Shown: positions 10,121-21,555, counted from the stretch's first letter. The stretch is DNA of 64,000 nt from Candidatus Gottesmanbacteria bacterium (GCA_016214885.1 JACRMP010000005.1:6725-70724); one strand, 5' to 3'. Numbers and translations are program-made. The notes: generated from the letters alone by a model not told the origin.

Positions 10121-11206
10121 ATGACTCCGTTTCTTCCACCATTACTTATAGCAGTACTTTTAACCGCGCTGGTAACACCCGTTGTGGCATACTTGGCCAG
10201 GCGCTGGGGTCTGGTCGATGACCCTAAGCATCGATACCATCCGGCTCACACCCACAAAGGCATTGTCCCGCGTGCAGGAGGCCTTGCAATACTTATCGGC
10301 ATCTCGGTTACCATTCTTCTTTCTATCCCGCTAACGCCACAGCTTCTCGGAATACTCATCGGTAGTGTGATGCTCACCATCATCGGACTCCTCGATGACA
10401 AAAAGGACGTAAGCCCGTATATACGCCTTGTAGTAAACGCTGCAGTAGCGATCCTTGTGGTGGCAACAGGAAGCACCATTCCGTTTATCACCAACCCTTT
10501 GACCGGAGGCATTCTCCCGCTCAATGCGCTAAGTATCCAGCTTTCTTTCGGGGATATGGTTATTTCCATAGGGCTTCCTCATATTCTTGCCATTATCTGG
10601 ATCGTCTGGACAATGAATATCATCGGTTGGTCTGCGGGAGTTGACGGACAGATGCCCGGCTATGTAGCGATCTCTGCATTTGTACTGGGATTACTATCCC
10701 TGCGATATAGCCTTCTTGATCCATCCCAGATATGGGTGACATTACTGGCATTCATCGTGGCGGGCGCATATCTGGGATTCCTACCATGGAACTTCTATCC
10801 GCAGCGCATCATGCCTGGCTACGGCGGCAAAACGCTTGCGGGATTTTATCTGGCACTGCTGGGCATTCTGTCTTTTGCCAAACTGGGTACAGCGCTTCTT
10901 GTCCTGGGAATTCCCATGCTGGATGCCGTGGCAACGCTGATACGGAGAATCGGCAACAAAAAATCGCCCGTGCTGGCCGACCGGGGACACCTCCACCACA
11001 AACTCCTGGATCTTGGCTGGACAAAACCCCGGATCGCCTTGTTTTACTGGGGTGTCTCGGCTATACTGGGGCTGGTCTCACTCACAGTCACGAGTACGCT
11101 AAAAGTATTTACCTTTATCGCTGTGGCTGTTGCGTTGACCATGTTTTTTGTATGGGTCAGCTACTTTACGCAATTCTCAAAGCAGCGCGACCACGACAGT
11201 GGCTGA
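10121..11206 (+). CDS. MraY/WecA-like polyprenyl-phosphate sugar-1-phosphate transferase
   Basis: PRAGGLA, GLLDD, GVDG, FLPWNFYP, DRGHLHHKL motifs. Confidence 0.9.
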   Translation: MTPFLPPLLIAVLLTALVTPVVAYLARRWGLVDDPKHRYHPAHTHKGIVPRAGGLAILIGISVTILLSIPLTPQLLGILIGSVMLTIIGLLDDKKDVSPYIRLVVNAAVAILVVATGSTIPFITNPLTGGILPLNALSIQLSFGDMVISIGLPHILAIIWIVWTMNIIGWSAGVDGQMPGYVAISAFVLGLLSLRYSLLDPSQIWVTLLAFIVAGAYLGFLPWNFYPQRIMPGYGGKTLAGFYLALLGILSFAKLGTALLVLGIPMLDAVATLIRRIGNKKSPVLADRGHLHHKLLDLGWTKPRIALFYWGVSAILGLVSLTVTSTLKVFTFIAVAVALTMFFVWVSYFTQFSKQRDHDSG

Positions 11207-12090
11207 AGAACGTAGCGCTGTTCACTACGATATTGTTTACGGGACAGCTATTTAATGGACCGCAATTTACGGCGGCATTTCTTGGGTTTATCGCATTTTG
11301 TTTCCTCGCGTCGTCCAACTATATCCTGAACGATGTTCTGGATGCCCCCGCAGACAGACGCCATCCGTTCAAAAAATTCAGACCGGTCGCCAGCGGCAAG
11401 TTACCCATCAAAACAGCACTTCTTGTTTCACTGCTTCTGCTTACCGCAGGGCTAAGTATTGCCAGCGCGGTGGGACAGACATTCTTTATATTTTCATTAG
11501 TCTTTATCCTGCTCCAGTATTCATACTCCATAGTGCTTAAACACATATCAGTAATAGACATTATTGCTATTACGATAGGCTACGTACTCCGGGTGTATGC
11601 GGGAGAAGCAGCCAGCGGGTATCATATCTCCATCTGGCTGGCTCTTGCCGCGCTGTCGCTTGCGTTATTTTTGGCTATCGGTAAACGGCGGGCGGAGCTC
11701 ACGCTGATACAAAGTTCAGGCGATGCGTCGCCGAAAGATACCAGAGCTGCGCTCTCCCACTATTCCGAAAAACTGCTGGATGCATATACTTCTATGTTCG
11801 CGACCAGCACGTTCATTTCCTATACCTATTTCACTTTTCTGGAACGACCGATTACCCAAGGGCTCATCTTCCGTAATTACAGTGACTTCGTCATCGGTAT
11901 TCCTGATAGGAAATGGATGATGTTAACGATACCCTTTGTGCTGTATGGCATTATGCGGTATATGCAACTTATTTATCATGGAAAAGGTGAATCACCGGAA
12001 CAGATACTAACAACTGATTTACCGCTCCTCTCTACCGTGGTAATCTGGGCGGGAGCTGCCTTCTTCATCATCTACGGCATCGGGGGCTAA
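11152..12090 (+). CDS. UbiA-family decaprenyl-phosphate phosphoribosyltransferase-like protein
   Basis: ARPRQWLKN, YILNDVLD..DRRHPFKKFRPVASG, KRRAE; start moved to ATG 11152. Confidence 0.88.
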   Translation: MGQLLYAILKAARPRQWLKNVALFTTILFTGQLFNGPQFTAAFLGFIAFCFLASSNYILNDVLDAPADRRHPFKKFRPVASGKLPIKTALLVSLLLLTAGLSIASAVGQTFFIFSLVFILLQYSYSIVLKHISVIDIIAITIGYVLRVYAGEAASGYHISIWLALAALSLALFLAIGKRRAELTLIQSSGDASPKDTRAALSHYSEKLLDAYTSMFATSTFISYTYFTFLERPITQGLIFRNYSDFVIGIPDRKWMMLTIPFVLYGIMRYMQLIYHGKGESPEQILTTDLPLLSTVVIWAGAAFFIIYGIGG

Positions 12091-12101
12091 CAGGATTCTC
12101 T

Positions 12102-12629
12102 TCAGGAATTCCGGTCAGTGTGTTCACTGATAACCCGCACCAGCTGTGAATTATTCCAAATACTGTAGTTATACATAATCCCCGGTATATTACCCAGCAC
12201 ATGGGGGAAATAATACTTTACGGGCGGAAACACTGTTTCCATACTAAGCAGGTCTTCCTTACGCATCCAGGAAGCATCCCCCTCGTGATTCGACAATACA
12301 TGCTCCGGCCTCTTATCTAAAGTAGCCAGAAATCCGAACACAATAAAAAGCTCATTTCTATCAGTGTGGTGATGAATGGCAACAAATTTAAGCTGAATAC
12401 TTTCCGGCGTCAGGATAACACCTACTTCCTCCTTTGTCTCACGGATTGCTGCAGCTAGCGGATTTTCCCCTTCTTCTATATGTCCGCCGGGGAGTGCAAG
12501 CCAGCCGGGAAATACTTTTTTGGTTATACTCCGCTTAAACATGAGCGCTTCGTCCCCTGCAACAATACATACATCAACAGTAAATATGGGGGTAGCCACG
12601 TCCTGAAGATGCTTACTTTGCTCATTCAT
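12102..12629 (-). CDS. NUDIX hydrolase
   Basis: Nudix box GGHIEEGENPLAAAIRETKEEVG. Confidence 0.92.
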   Translation of the reverse strand: MNEQSKHLQDVATPIFTVDVCIVAGDEALMFKRSITKKVFPGWLALPGGHIEEGENPLAAAIRETKEEVGVILTPESIQLKFVAIHHHTDRNELFIVFGFLATLDKRPEHVLSNHEGDASWMRKEDLLSMETVFPPVKYYFPHVLGNIPGIMYNYSIWNNSQLVRVISEHTDRNS

Positions 12630-12664
12630 GAAACCAGTATATCAGAGGAGGAGTTTGGCCGCGG

Positions 12665-13546
12665 TTATTCTGTTTTGTCTGCGTACTGGGCAGAAATCCA
12701 CCCTTTGTTGGTTCCGTCATGGGATATTTGATACCACCCCGTCTGCTGGTTAAAGATATGGTACCGCTCACCGGGGTTTACACGGCCGGCTTCTGTTGCC
12801 GATGTGGAAGGCTCCATGCGCACCCGAAGGAACCCCGTCGGCGTATCTTTGATAGTTACATATGGCTTTTGCGGAGTAGCGGAGGAGGTGGCAGCCTCTC
12901 CGGCTTTTACCGATGGCGTCGGCGTCGTGGCGACACCGGCGGCCGGCGATGACTCGACTGGTTGTCCGCCTGCCGCAGAAAGCGCCAGTTTCATGCTGGC
13001 AATAAGCTTATAGCCGGTGGTAAGCTTAACCTTCATTGTCCGGGTAAGGAACCCGGGGGAGGTAACGGTAAGTGAGTGATCCCCCGCAGTAACATCGGAA
13101 ATGGTAAGCGGGGTAATCCCTTTCGTCACATCATCCAGAACCACCGAGGCGCCGTCAGGATTAGTTATGATACTTAGCTCCGGCTTACCAACTACGCTTT
13201 TTTCCAGCCACAACACATCTACAGCACTGGATAACTCTGAGTCCGAAAGCACAGCGTTTACAAAAGTAAGCAGATTGGGGCCTACAAATATTTTCGACTG
13301 CCAGGGCGCCACTTCATTTGTGGTGGAGTCGGCAACCAGACGGATCGTATATTCACCTGCCGGAACCTTTTCCCTAAGCGGCGTTCTTCCCAGGTGTTTG
13401 TTGTCCAAAAATACGCTCACATTAGGGCTGGCATCCACCCGAAGCTCACCTTCTTTCGGGGATCTTGTCACCAAAAGCTTAATAACACCACCAATAATAA
13501 GGAGAATGACGATAACAATGAGGAAAAAGCCGACTTTACGCTTCAT
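12665..13546 (-). CDS. PEGA-domain protein with C-terminal SH3b-like domain
   Basis: N-terminal TM, two PEGA repeats (VFLD..LGRTP; VVLD..KGITP), C-terminal LRVR..PS..GWYQI..GWIS. Confidence 0.85.
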   Translation of the reverse strand: MKRKVGFFLIVIVILLIIGGVIKLLVTRSPKEGELRVDASPNVSVFLDNKHLGRTPLREKVPAGEYTIRLVADSTTNEVAPWQSKIFVGPNLLTFVNAVLSDSELSSAVDVLWLEKSVVGKPELSIITNPDGASVVLDDVTKGITPLTISDVTAGDHSLTVTSPGFLTRTMKVKLTTGYKLIASMKLALSAAGGQPVESSPAAGVATTPTPSVKAGEAATSSATPQKPYVTIKDTPTGFLRVRMEPSTSATEAGRVNPGERYHIFNQQTGWYQISHDGTNKGWISAQYADKTE

Positions 13547-13608
13547 AAATTGAGTTCGATCATACCACATAAGGCAAGTTTCAGGCAATGTTGAAAGTAT
13601 CCTATAAT

Positions 13609-13637
13609 TTGACTTTAGCCTCTTTTTACGCTATAAT
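13609..13637 (+). promoter_or_regulatory. sigma70 promoter
   Basis: TTGACT-17nt-TATAAT. Confidence 0.75.
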
Positions 13638-13647
13638 ACCGGGTATT

Positions 13648-13674
13648 AAACCACTCCTTCCGGGGTGGTTTTTT
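13648..13674 (+). terminator. terminator-like hairpin in the 5' UTR of the M23 peptidase gene
   Basis: aaaccactcc-ttcc-ggggtggttt followed by ttt. Confidence 0.55.
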
Positions 13675-13683
13675 GATCCGTCT

Positions 13684-14352
13684 ATGAACCTAAAAACAGC
13701 CGTTATTTGGCTCACCCAGCCGTATTATGGCAGTAACCGGTTAAGCCGCCTGGTCCGAACTAAAATTGAAAAACGGCCGGTCGCGGAGCTTATCGGCATC
13801 CCGCTTATAGCACTGGCGTTTCTCACCGGAGTTGTCCTCCCCCAGACTGTTTCCGGATTTTCTACCGCCGAAGTGTATTTTGACACGCAGGTCACCACTA
13901 TCGATGCGGTAGTGGCTCCTTCCCGCTTCCGCTGGCCGCTTGCAACATTTGGCATCTCGCAGTATTTTACCGGCGGCCACCGCGGCCTTGATCTCACAAA
14001 CCCCGCAGGAACACCTATCTACCCGGTTACTGATGGTAAGGTAATATTTTCCGGCGCGGTATCCGGAGGATACGGTAAACATGTCATCGTTGCGCATGAC
14101 AATGGCATGACTTCAACGTACGCCCATATGTCGAGGCTTAACGCGGTCATGGGGCAAATTGTCACCAAAGACACCGAGCTGGGCACCGTGGGAGCAACCG
14201 GCTGGGCCACCGGAAACCACCTCCACCTTGAGGTGTACCAAAACGGAGTCGCCCTTAACCCTATGGAAATTCTGCCTGATATCAAAAAATACGAACCGCG
14301 GGATATCTCTCAGGCAACCGGAGAATCTTCGCTCCCGGGCTTTTCTCTATAA
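13684..14352 (+). CDS. M23-family metallopeptidase
   Basis: HRGLD, YAHM, TGWATGNHLHLEV motifs. Confidence 0.93.
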   Translation: MNLKTAVIWLTQPYYGSNRLSRLVRTKIEKRPVAELIGIPLIALAFLTGVVLPQTVSGFSTAEVYFDTQVTTIDAVVAPSRFRWPLATFGISQYFTGGHRGLDLTNPAGTPIYPVTDGKVIFSGAVSGGYGKHVIVAHDNGMTSTYAHMSRLNAVMGQIVTKDTELGTVGATGWATGNHLHLEVYQNGVALNPMEILPDIKKYEPRDISQATGESSLPGFSL

Positions 14353-14413
14353 CATCAACGTCGCAGTAAAACGCCGGCAAAGAACTCCGTTATCGGCTCA
14401 TTAATCACCGGAA

Positions 14414-15304
14414 TCAACTGCGGTACATGGAAGCTGCCCAAGCAGTGACCTCGCGGACAAAGATATCTTCTTTCCCGGTAAACCCGTGGTCCGCATCAGG
14501 CACGACAATACTTTTATAGCTGGTTGATGTTGCATGTGCATCAAATGCTTTTTGTATTTCCGAAACTGGCCGATCCGCATGTTCGTCGCTACCACCAAAC
14601 ACAACAAGCAAGGGAACTTTTATCCTCCCGAATGTCACAAGCGCCCCTTCTGTGTCGTGATAATTAAACACATCTTCCTCTGAACCGGCGCCGAGTAAAC
14701 TCATCCAACGTTTCGGGGTAAGCGGGAAAAAATCAAACCCCGTTAGCAGTTCGTCACCTTTACCCTCTTTAATTTTCTGCTCCATTACGGCGCGGTGTTT
14801 CTTGTTGGTTTCTTCGTCAGTTGCAGAATATCTGTCGGACATGGGACCGGAAAGCACCACCCCGGTAACCCTGGGGTCATCCACAGACCCTGCGTAATAG
14901 CACGCCTTGTTGGCCCCGGTGCTATTACCCGCCAAAATGACCTTTGGCAATCCTTTGGCTGCTAAAAATGACAACGCGGCATCGATATCTTTTACACAGT
15001 CGGGAAAATGCTCGACACCGGCGCCGATTGTTTCATATACCCAGCCTTTTGGCTTCATAGGATCCAGTTTGTGGGTGCAGGTTATATAGTCATGCCCGCG
15101 GGTATGAAACGCAGCAAAAGCAGTGCCGCTCTTTGCCAATTCTTCGGCGAACAAATTCATTTTTTGGACATTGCTATAAAAGGTACCCGTGAGTCCGTGA
15201 ATCCATAACAATACTTTGCCGTTAGGTTTTTCCGGTATGTGCAATAAACCCTGATGCATCAGGCCGTCTTGAGTAATAATCTCTTCTAGAGTAAATTGAA
15301 TCAT
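14414..15304 (-). CDS. alpha/beta hydrolase
   Basis: IHGL, GNSTG nucleophile elbow, late Asp and DADHGF His. Confidence 0.85.
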   Translation of the reverse strand: MIQFTLEEIITQDGLMHQGLLHIPEKPNGKVLLWIHGLTGTFYSNVQKMNLFAEELAKSGTAFAAFHTRGHDYITCTHKLDPMKPKGWVYETIGAGVEHFPDCVKDIDAALSFLAAKGLPKVILAGNSTGANKACYYAGSVDDPRVTGVVLSGPMSDRYSATDEETNKKHRAVMEQKIKEGKGDELLTGFDFFPLTPKRWMSLLGAGSEEDVFNYHDTEGALVTFGRIKVPLLVVFGGSDEHADRPVSEIQKAFDAHATSTSYKSIVVPDADHGFTGKEDIFVREVTAWAASMYRS

Positions 15305-15305
15305 A

Positions 15306-15806
15306 ATGGATATTTTGTATCATGCCGTAAGCGGAATTGCTATCGCCAAAAGCATACAATCACCTGATTTCGGAGGCGCAGCAATATCTGCGATACTTCC
15401 TGATATTGTGGGCATAATCCCCTTTTATGCCATCAAGTTTATGGAAGCCTCCCCCGCTCCCAAAACAACATTTATCAAAAAGTATACACATCTTCTGCTC
15501 TCCAATAAATTCGCCAACACATTTGACTCTACCGTCTACCGCGCAACCCATTCGTTATATGCAGCAGTCATGTTTGCTGCCGCGATGTACATATTTTTCC
15601 GTGAGCAGTGGGTGTTGTATTCAGTAAGCTACCTGTCCCATATCCTGATCGACATCCCCACCCATGAAGGAGACTTCGCGACCCGGATATTTTATCCGTC
15701 ATCTGATTTTCATTTCCGGGGATCTAATTGGTCGACTAACCCTAAGCGGTTTTTGTCCTTCTGGTTAGCCTTAGTGCTGATTATCCCGCTGTTGTGGCAA
15801 AGGTAG
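15306..15806 (+). CDS. membrane metal-dependent hydrolase (YdjM-like)
   Basis: H..LPD..THS..SHILIDIPTH motifs. Confidence 0.75.
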   Translation: MDILYHAVSGIAIAKSIQSPDFGGAAISAILPDIVGIIPFYAIKFMEASPAPKTTFIKKYTHLLLSNKFANTFDSTVYRATHSLYAAVMFAAAMYIFFREQWVLYSVSYLSHILIDIPTHEGDFATRIFYPSSDFHFRGSNWSTNPKRFLSFWLALVLIIPLLWQR

Positions 15807-16416
15807 AAATCCACATTTCGTGAGGCCGCTCGCTATTTCTGTCTTTCTGATCCCAGACCAACTGGTCAAACACTTTAAATCCCGCTTCTTCGAGGGAAGT
15901 CCTGACTTCTTCGCGCGTATAATAGGTAAAATACCGGGTATCGCCTTCTATCGTGCCGCTGGTTACCAGCTGATCCCCGGTTCCTTCTTTAAGAAGCAGG
16001 AATAATGTGCCGCCAGGCGTCAGCATATGCTGGAAATTCCGCAGCACCGGAAGCCCTTCTTCGCGGGTCAGATGCAGAAGCGATGCGCATGCCCAAATGC
16101 CATCGAACGAAGAATTAAGGGCAATGTTCCGTAGGTCCATTTTCAGAAAACGGGCGTTGGGGTGTGCGGTTTCTATGGCATACGCAAGAAGCGTTTCTGA
16201 TAAATCAATCCCTGTCACCACAAACCCTTTGGAAGCAAAATAATTAGCGTCCCTCCCTGAGCCGCACCCGGCGTCCAGTATTTTTCCTCCCGGTTTAACG
16301 AGAGAAATAAATTTCTCGCGTTCCGACTGCGGCGCGTACTTCTGGACTTTCAGGATATATTCCTTAGCGGTCTTGTTGTAAGTATCGATAGTAGTTTGGA
16401 TGAAATTATTCTTCAT
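15781..16416 (-). CDS. class I SAM-dependent methyltransferase
   Basis: ILDAGCGSGRD, FDGIWACASLLH, LTPGG. Confidence 0.92.
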   Translation of the reverse strand: MKNNFIQTTIDTYNKTAKEYILKVQKYAPQSEREKFISLVKPGGKILDAGCGSGRDANYFASKGFVVTGIDLSETLLAYAIETAHPNARFLKMDLRNIALNSSFDGIWACASLLHLTREEGLPVLRNFQHMLTPGGTLFLLLKEGTGDQLVTSGTIEGDTRYFTYYTREEVRTSLEEAGFKVFDQLVWDQKDRNSERPHEMWISTFATTAG

Positions 16417-16933
16417 GACTAATCTTATTAGCAACCTTTTTTTTAGACTTCAATATATAAGTTGCATCAACAACGCCATCTAGCTTCGCAATCACTGCCA
16501 TTAATGTTTGGTTTAACACTTCTTGATCGTTTTTATTTTCTTGCTTTATTTCCTCATATTCTATTCCAAAAGGGCGTCCAATTTTATCTATATCTCCTTC
16601 ATCAATTGAATAATTAAGCTCGTGACTACAATCATTCCTTACCGAATTCAGATTTTTAAGTGAATCAACTAATTTGCTTGGAATTGCTTCCATGGCTTCG
16701 AGAATAGATAGTTTCTCGCTGTAATACTTAAAGCTCTTAATCAAGATATAGCCTTTCGGAATTAGCATTGTTATTAATCTATCAAGATAATATTCGGCGA
16801 GCAGGTGACACTTTAGTATCTTAGTCACATCGTCGCCACAAGTTTGCATAACTTTTACGAATTTGTTGTATCCATCATCCTCAAGCATTTCTCGAGTAAT
16901 AACGTCTGTTTTATTTGATTTGCTATCGACCAT
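16406..16933 (-). CDS. hypothetical protein, possible MtlR-like HEPN domain
   Basis: AT-rich, helical; HLLAEYYLD and LNSVRNDCSH (RxxxxH). Confidence 0.6.
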   Translation of the reverse strand: MVDSKSNKTDVITREMLEDDGYNKFVKVMQTCGDDVTKILKCHLLAEYYLDRLITMLIPKGYILIKSFKYYSEKLSILEAMEAIPSKLVDSLKNLNSVRNDCSHELNYSIDEGDIDKIGRPFGIEYEEIKQENKNDQEVLNQTLMAVIAKLDGVVDATYILKSKKKVANKISHEE

Positions 16934-16946
16934 AGCTTCCTTTCCT

Positions 16947-16979
16947 ACTCAAACCCCCGGTGTTTCCGGGGGTTTGAGT
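16947..16979. terminator. inverted repeat terminating groEL
   Basis: actcaaacccccgg-tgttt-ccgggggtttgagt, perfect 14-bp stem. Confidence 0.8.
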
Positions 16980-17007
16980 TAATACTTAGCAATTCATTTT
17001 ATTGGAT

Positions 17008-18672
<1,665 letters not shown>

Positions 18673-18689
18673 CTATAAATTATTAATAA

Positions 18690-19007
18690 TTATTCAACGA
18701 TTGCCAAAATATCTTTTTGTTCGACGATGGTCCACTCTTTACCGTCGACTTTAATCTCGTTGCCTCCCCATTTTTTGTACATGACTTTCTGACCTACCTT
18801 GACCACCATGGCGCCCTTACCACAGCTGCCGCCTTCGCAGTCACAGTCACAACTATCGGAGCCTGCTCCTACTGCCATAACCTCGCCCATTTGGGGTTTT
18901 TCTTTTGCGCTATCAGGCAAGATGATTCCTGAGGATAATTTCTGTTCTGCCTCCAACGGCTTGATGAGAACATTATCAAACAACGGTGTGATGGTTTGTT
19001 TTGCCAT
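18690..19007 (-). CDS. groS: co-chaperonin GroES with Cys-rich insertion
   Basis: PLFDNVLIK, SGIILPDSAKEKP, DILAIV; adjacent to groL. Confidence 0.97.
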   Translation of the reverse strand: MAKQTITPLFDNVLIKPLEAEQKLSSGIILPDSAKEKPQMGEVMAVGAGSDSCDCDCEGGSCGKGAMVVKVGQKVMYKKWGGNEIKVDGKEWTIVEQKDILAIVE

Positions 19008-19058
19008 AACTACCTCCTTTATAAATTTATTAATGCGACTACCGGTTTTTCTTAAATA

Positions 19059-19085
19059 CTAGCAGTCATTAGAAGTGAGTGCTAT
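19059..19085 (-). promoter_or_regulatory. CIRCE element (HrcA operator)
   Basis: Minus strand ATAGCACTC-N9-GACTGCTAG versus consensus TTAGCACTC-N9-GAGTGCTAA, upstream of groES. Confidence 0.88.
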
Positions 19086-19112
19086 TTTATCGGTGATAAA
19101 AAAACTTGTCAA
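19084..19112 (-). promoter_or_regulatory. groESL sigma70 promoter
   Basis: TTGACA-17nt-TAAAAT on the minus strand, abutting CIRCE. Confidence 0.8.
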
Positions 19113-19965
19113 GGGGGATGTGCAGGCGTTTGAGGCGGAGAGCGAACTTTTTTTTCACCCACACACGGGCGTCCTGTGGATGGAACCGTATCATACCGGC
19201 GGAAATTACTTCGTTAGTGCGCCGCGACTCCATGTATGTAAGCTGTATAGCTTTTGCCAGGTACTCCAACCCGCCTAACCACTGCCAAATCCAGCCATAT
19301 CTCTTTGCGTCAGGACGGATCATAATGCTCGTCTTAGCTCTCCACGCAGCAGGTAGAAAATCTTTCACCCATGTGTTGTGAAAGAGTAATCTACGGTAGG
19401 CTTGCCCCCGCTCCCACAACGGCACCATTTGCAGCACCTCGTGTGCACTAAACAGATCCTGTTCGTGTTTGGGGAGTGTTAAGGCATCTTCGGTCATAAA
19501 CATATTCAGACACACCTTATCGGCAACCTGGTGCTCTCCGGGGTGCCGGCGCACACCCGCCGCTTCTGCGAGAAGCGTTACGATAAGCCTGCTTATCCAT
19601 AATGCACCAGGAACAACGATAAAAAATAAATCGATGTCATCATGCTCCTCTGCATTATCCATGGCTAAGCCTCCCGTCACTCCGACAAGCAGTACGGTAG
19701 GAACATATCGGAATAATCGGGATATCTCCTTTGCACGTTTCCACTTGGTTACTGCAAACCGCTCACGGGATTTACGGAGTGTAATAATTTTTTTTCGTCC
19801 GGGAAGCGTTATATATGTGCCGTCACTTTCCACGCCGCGCATCCTCGACACATTACCTGACCTCCCCACAGCCCAGCGCATCACCTCCGCTTTGGTAAGG
19901 GGGTAATCAAACACATCGGCATACGCCACAGCAGCAATGAGACTATGCGTAGTGAGGCGCATCAT
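19087..19965 (-). CDS. Pol-beta-type nucleotidyltransferase-domain protein
   Basis: GVTGGLAMDNAEEHDDIDLFFI resembles hG[GS]x9-13DhD. Confidence 0.7.
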   Translation of the reverse strand: MMRLTTHSLIAAVAYADVFDYPLTKAEVMRWAVGRSGNVSRMRGVESDGTYITLPGRKKIITLRKSRERFAVTKWKRAKEISRLFRYVPTVLLVGVTGGLAMDNAEEHDDIDLFFIVVPGALWISRLIVTLLAEAAGVRRHPGEHQVADKVCLNMFMTEDALTLPKHEQDLFSAHEVLQMVPLWERGQAYRRLLFHNTWVKDFLPAAWRAKTSIMIRPDAKRYGWIWQWLGGLEYLAKAIQLTYMESRRTNEVISAGMIRFHPQDARVWVKKKFALRLKRLHIPLDKFFYHR

Positions 19966-19973
19966 GGGTGCAT

Positions 19974-21527
19974 TTATGGGGCAGGGCTCTCCTGAGGCTC
20001 ATCCTCGGTTGCGATTCCATATGATGATAACACCTGCCGGAACCCCTGGTTAACCGTCGTCAACACCTGAGTCGGCGATCCACCGTTGGTCATACCGTTT
20101 ATCCCATCGGTAAGATACTTGATGAGTTTATCGTTTATGCCGTTATCAAATGTCCGGGATGCCAATGGAAAACTTCTGGCGTATACCGCCTGTTTCACAA
20201 ACGCACCCAGATACTGGTCATCTGCAATGGTGTTGGCAAGCTCCACCCGTGCATATGGCTCGCCGAACAACCGTGTGGCAGATGCTGAGGTATACAGCTT
20301 TGCCGCACCTTCTTTACTGGTCATAAATTTCACAAACTCCCAAGCGGCTTCCTGATTAGGGCTTTTTGCCGAGACTCCCTCCACCCAATAGGAGGCCCAA
20401 GCTACGGCGTTACCCTGAAGCTGTGGAATGGGGGCTATATGAAACCGCAGTTTAGGGTTAATAACGGCTATCTCATGTGCCCGCCAGGAAGGGGCGATAA
20501 TCATGGCTGCTCTCCCCGCAGCAAATGCGGAAACCGAATTATCCATGCCGTCGCTCCATGTATACAGCGGATCAGAAGGATCAGCAAATTTCCGGTAAAA
20601 GACCAGCGTGCCTTCAGCTTCCTTACCTATCGGCTTTTTCAGATTTGCCCCGTTTTGGATGAACATAACTGCCAGAATATCGCTAAAGTGTTCGACGTTG
20701 TTAGTAGTTCCCAGCGCGATGGCACTGGTAACAATCGCCGTACCGTTTTTTACCGTGAGACGCGGAATAAGATTAATTACATCCGTCCATGTAGTGGGAG
20801 GAGTTACCCCTGCGGTCGCAAACAATTCGTCATTTATATATAGGCCCAGGCCGTCGATCATGAGCGGGATGCCAAATATGGCGTTACCCGCCACCAAATC
20901 GTTATTAGCTACCGGAAAAAATGTGTTACTGAATTCTGCGGGCGTCATAACCGTTGGAGGCACGGTGGCAAGCTGGGTCCTCAGCATGGGAAACCACGTG
21001 TTATGAAACCTGAATATATCAGGGCCTTCCCCCCGGTTAATCGCAGACTGCAGGCGCTCGCGGTATTGCTTGGGCGACTGTGATGTGTACTGTACTTTGA
21101 TATTAGGATGTGTTGCCTCAAAATCAGCGAGCAGCTGCCGGGTAACGGCATCGTTTTCCCACAAGCCCCAGTAATTAAGCGTCACTTCTTTGGAAGCTAT
21201 GCCACCACCGCCGGCAACCATGCGGTAGCCAAACACCCCTCCGACAATAAGAAGGATAATCACACCAAAAATAATAAGCAGGCGCAGAATTGGACTTTTT
21301 CCGCGCGTGGGTGCCGCATTGTCCGGCACCTGTAAATTGGGGATAAACGGGTTCACCGATGCCTGCGCGGGAGCCGCCGCGGGAGGAACTGCTGCAGGAT
21401 CAGACGGAGGAACAATGAAAGTATCGGGAGCAGGTTCAGGCGGCGCCTGAAAAACCGGTTCCGCAATTCCTATCCCTCCGGGGTGGGCACTTGGTGGTTC
21501 CGGTGCTTGTGGGTCTTTTGGATCCAT
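19974..21527 (-). CDS. sugar ABC-type extracellular solute-binding protein with Pro-rich N-terminus
   Basis: TM anchor, FEATHPNIKV, GPDIF, LYINDELF, EAAWEFVKFM. Confidence 0.85.
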   Translation of the reverse strand: MDPKDPQAPEPPSAHPGGIGIAEPVFQAPPEPAPDTFIVPPSDPAAVPPAAAPAQASVNPFIPNLQVPDNAAPTRGKSPILRLLIIFGVIILLIVGGVFGYRMVAGGGGIASKEVTLNYWGLWENDAVTRQLLADFEATHPNIKVQYTSQSPKQYRERLQSAINRGEGPDIFRFHNTWFPMLRTQLATVPPTVMTPAEFSNTFFPVANNDLVAGNAIFGIPLMIDGLGLYINDELFATAGVTPPTTWTDVINLIPRLTVKNGTAIVTSAIALGTTNNVEHFSDILAVMFIQNGANLKKPIGKEAEGTLVFYRKFADPSDPLYTWSDGMDNSVSAFAAGRAAMIIAPSWRAHEIAVINPKLRFHIAPIPQLQGNAVAWASYWVEGVSAKSPNQEAAWEFVKFMTSKEGAAKLYTSASATRLFGEPYARVELANTIADDQYLGAFVKQAVYARSFPLASRTFDNGINDKLIKYLTDGINGMTNGGSPTQVLTTVNQGFRQVLSSYGIATEDEPQESPAP

Positions 21528-21555
21528 AGTGATGTACGGTACAATGTATCATAGC

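Noticed and set aside
10732-11151. Apparent 140-aa N-terminal extension of the UbiA ORF
   Set aside because: It overlaps the WecA-like gene in another frame; family similarity starts at ATG 11152.
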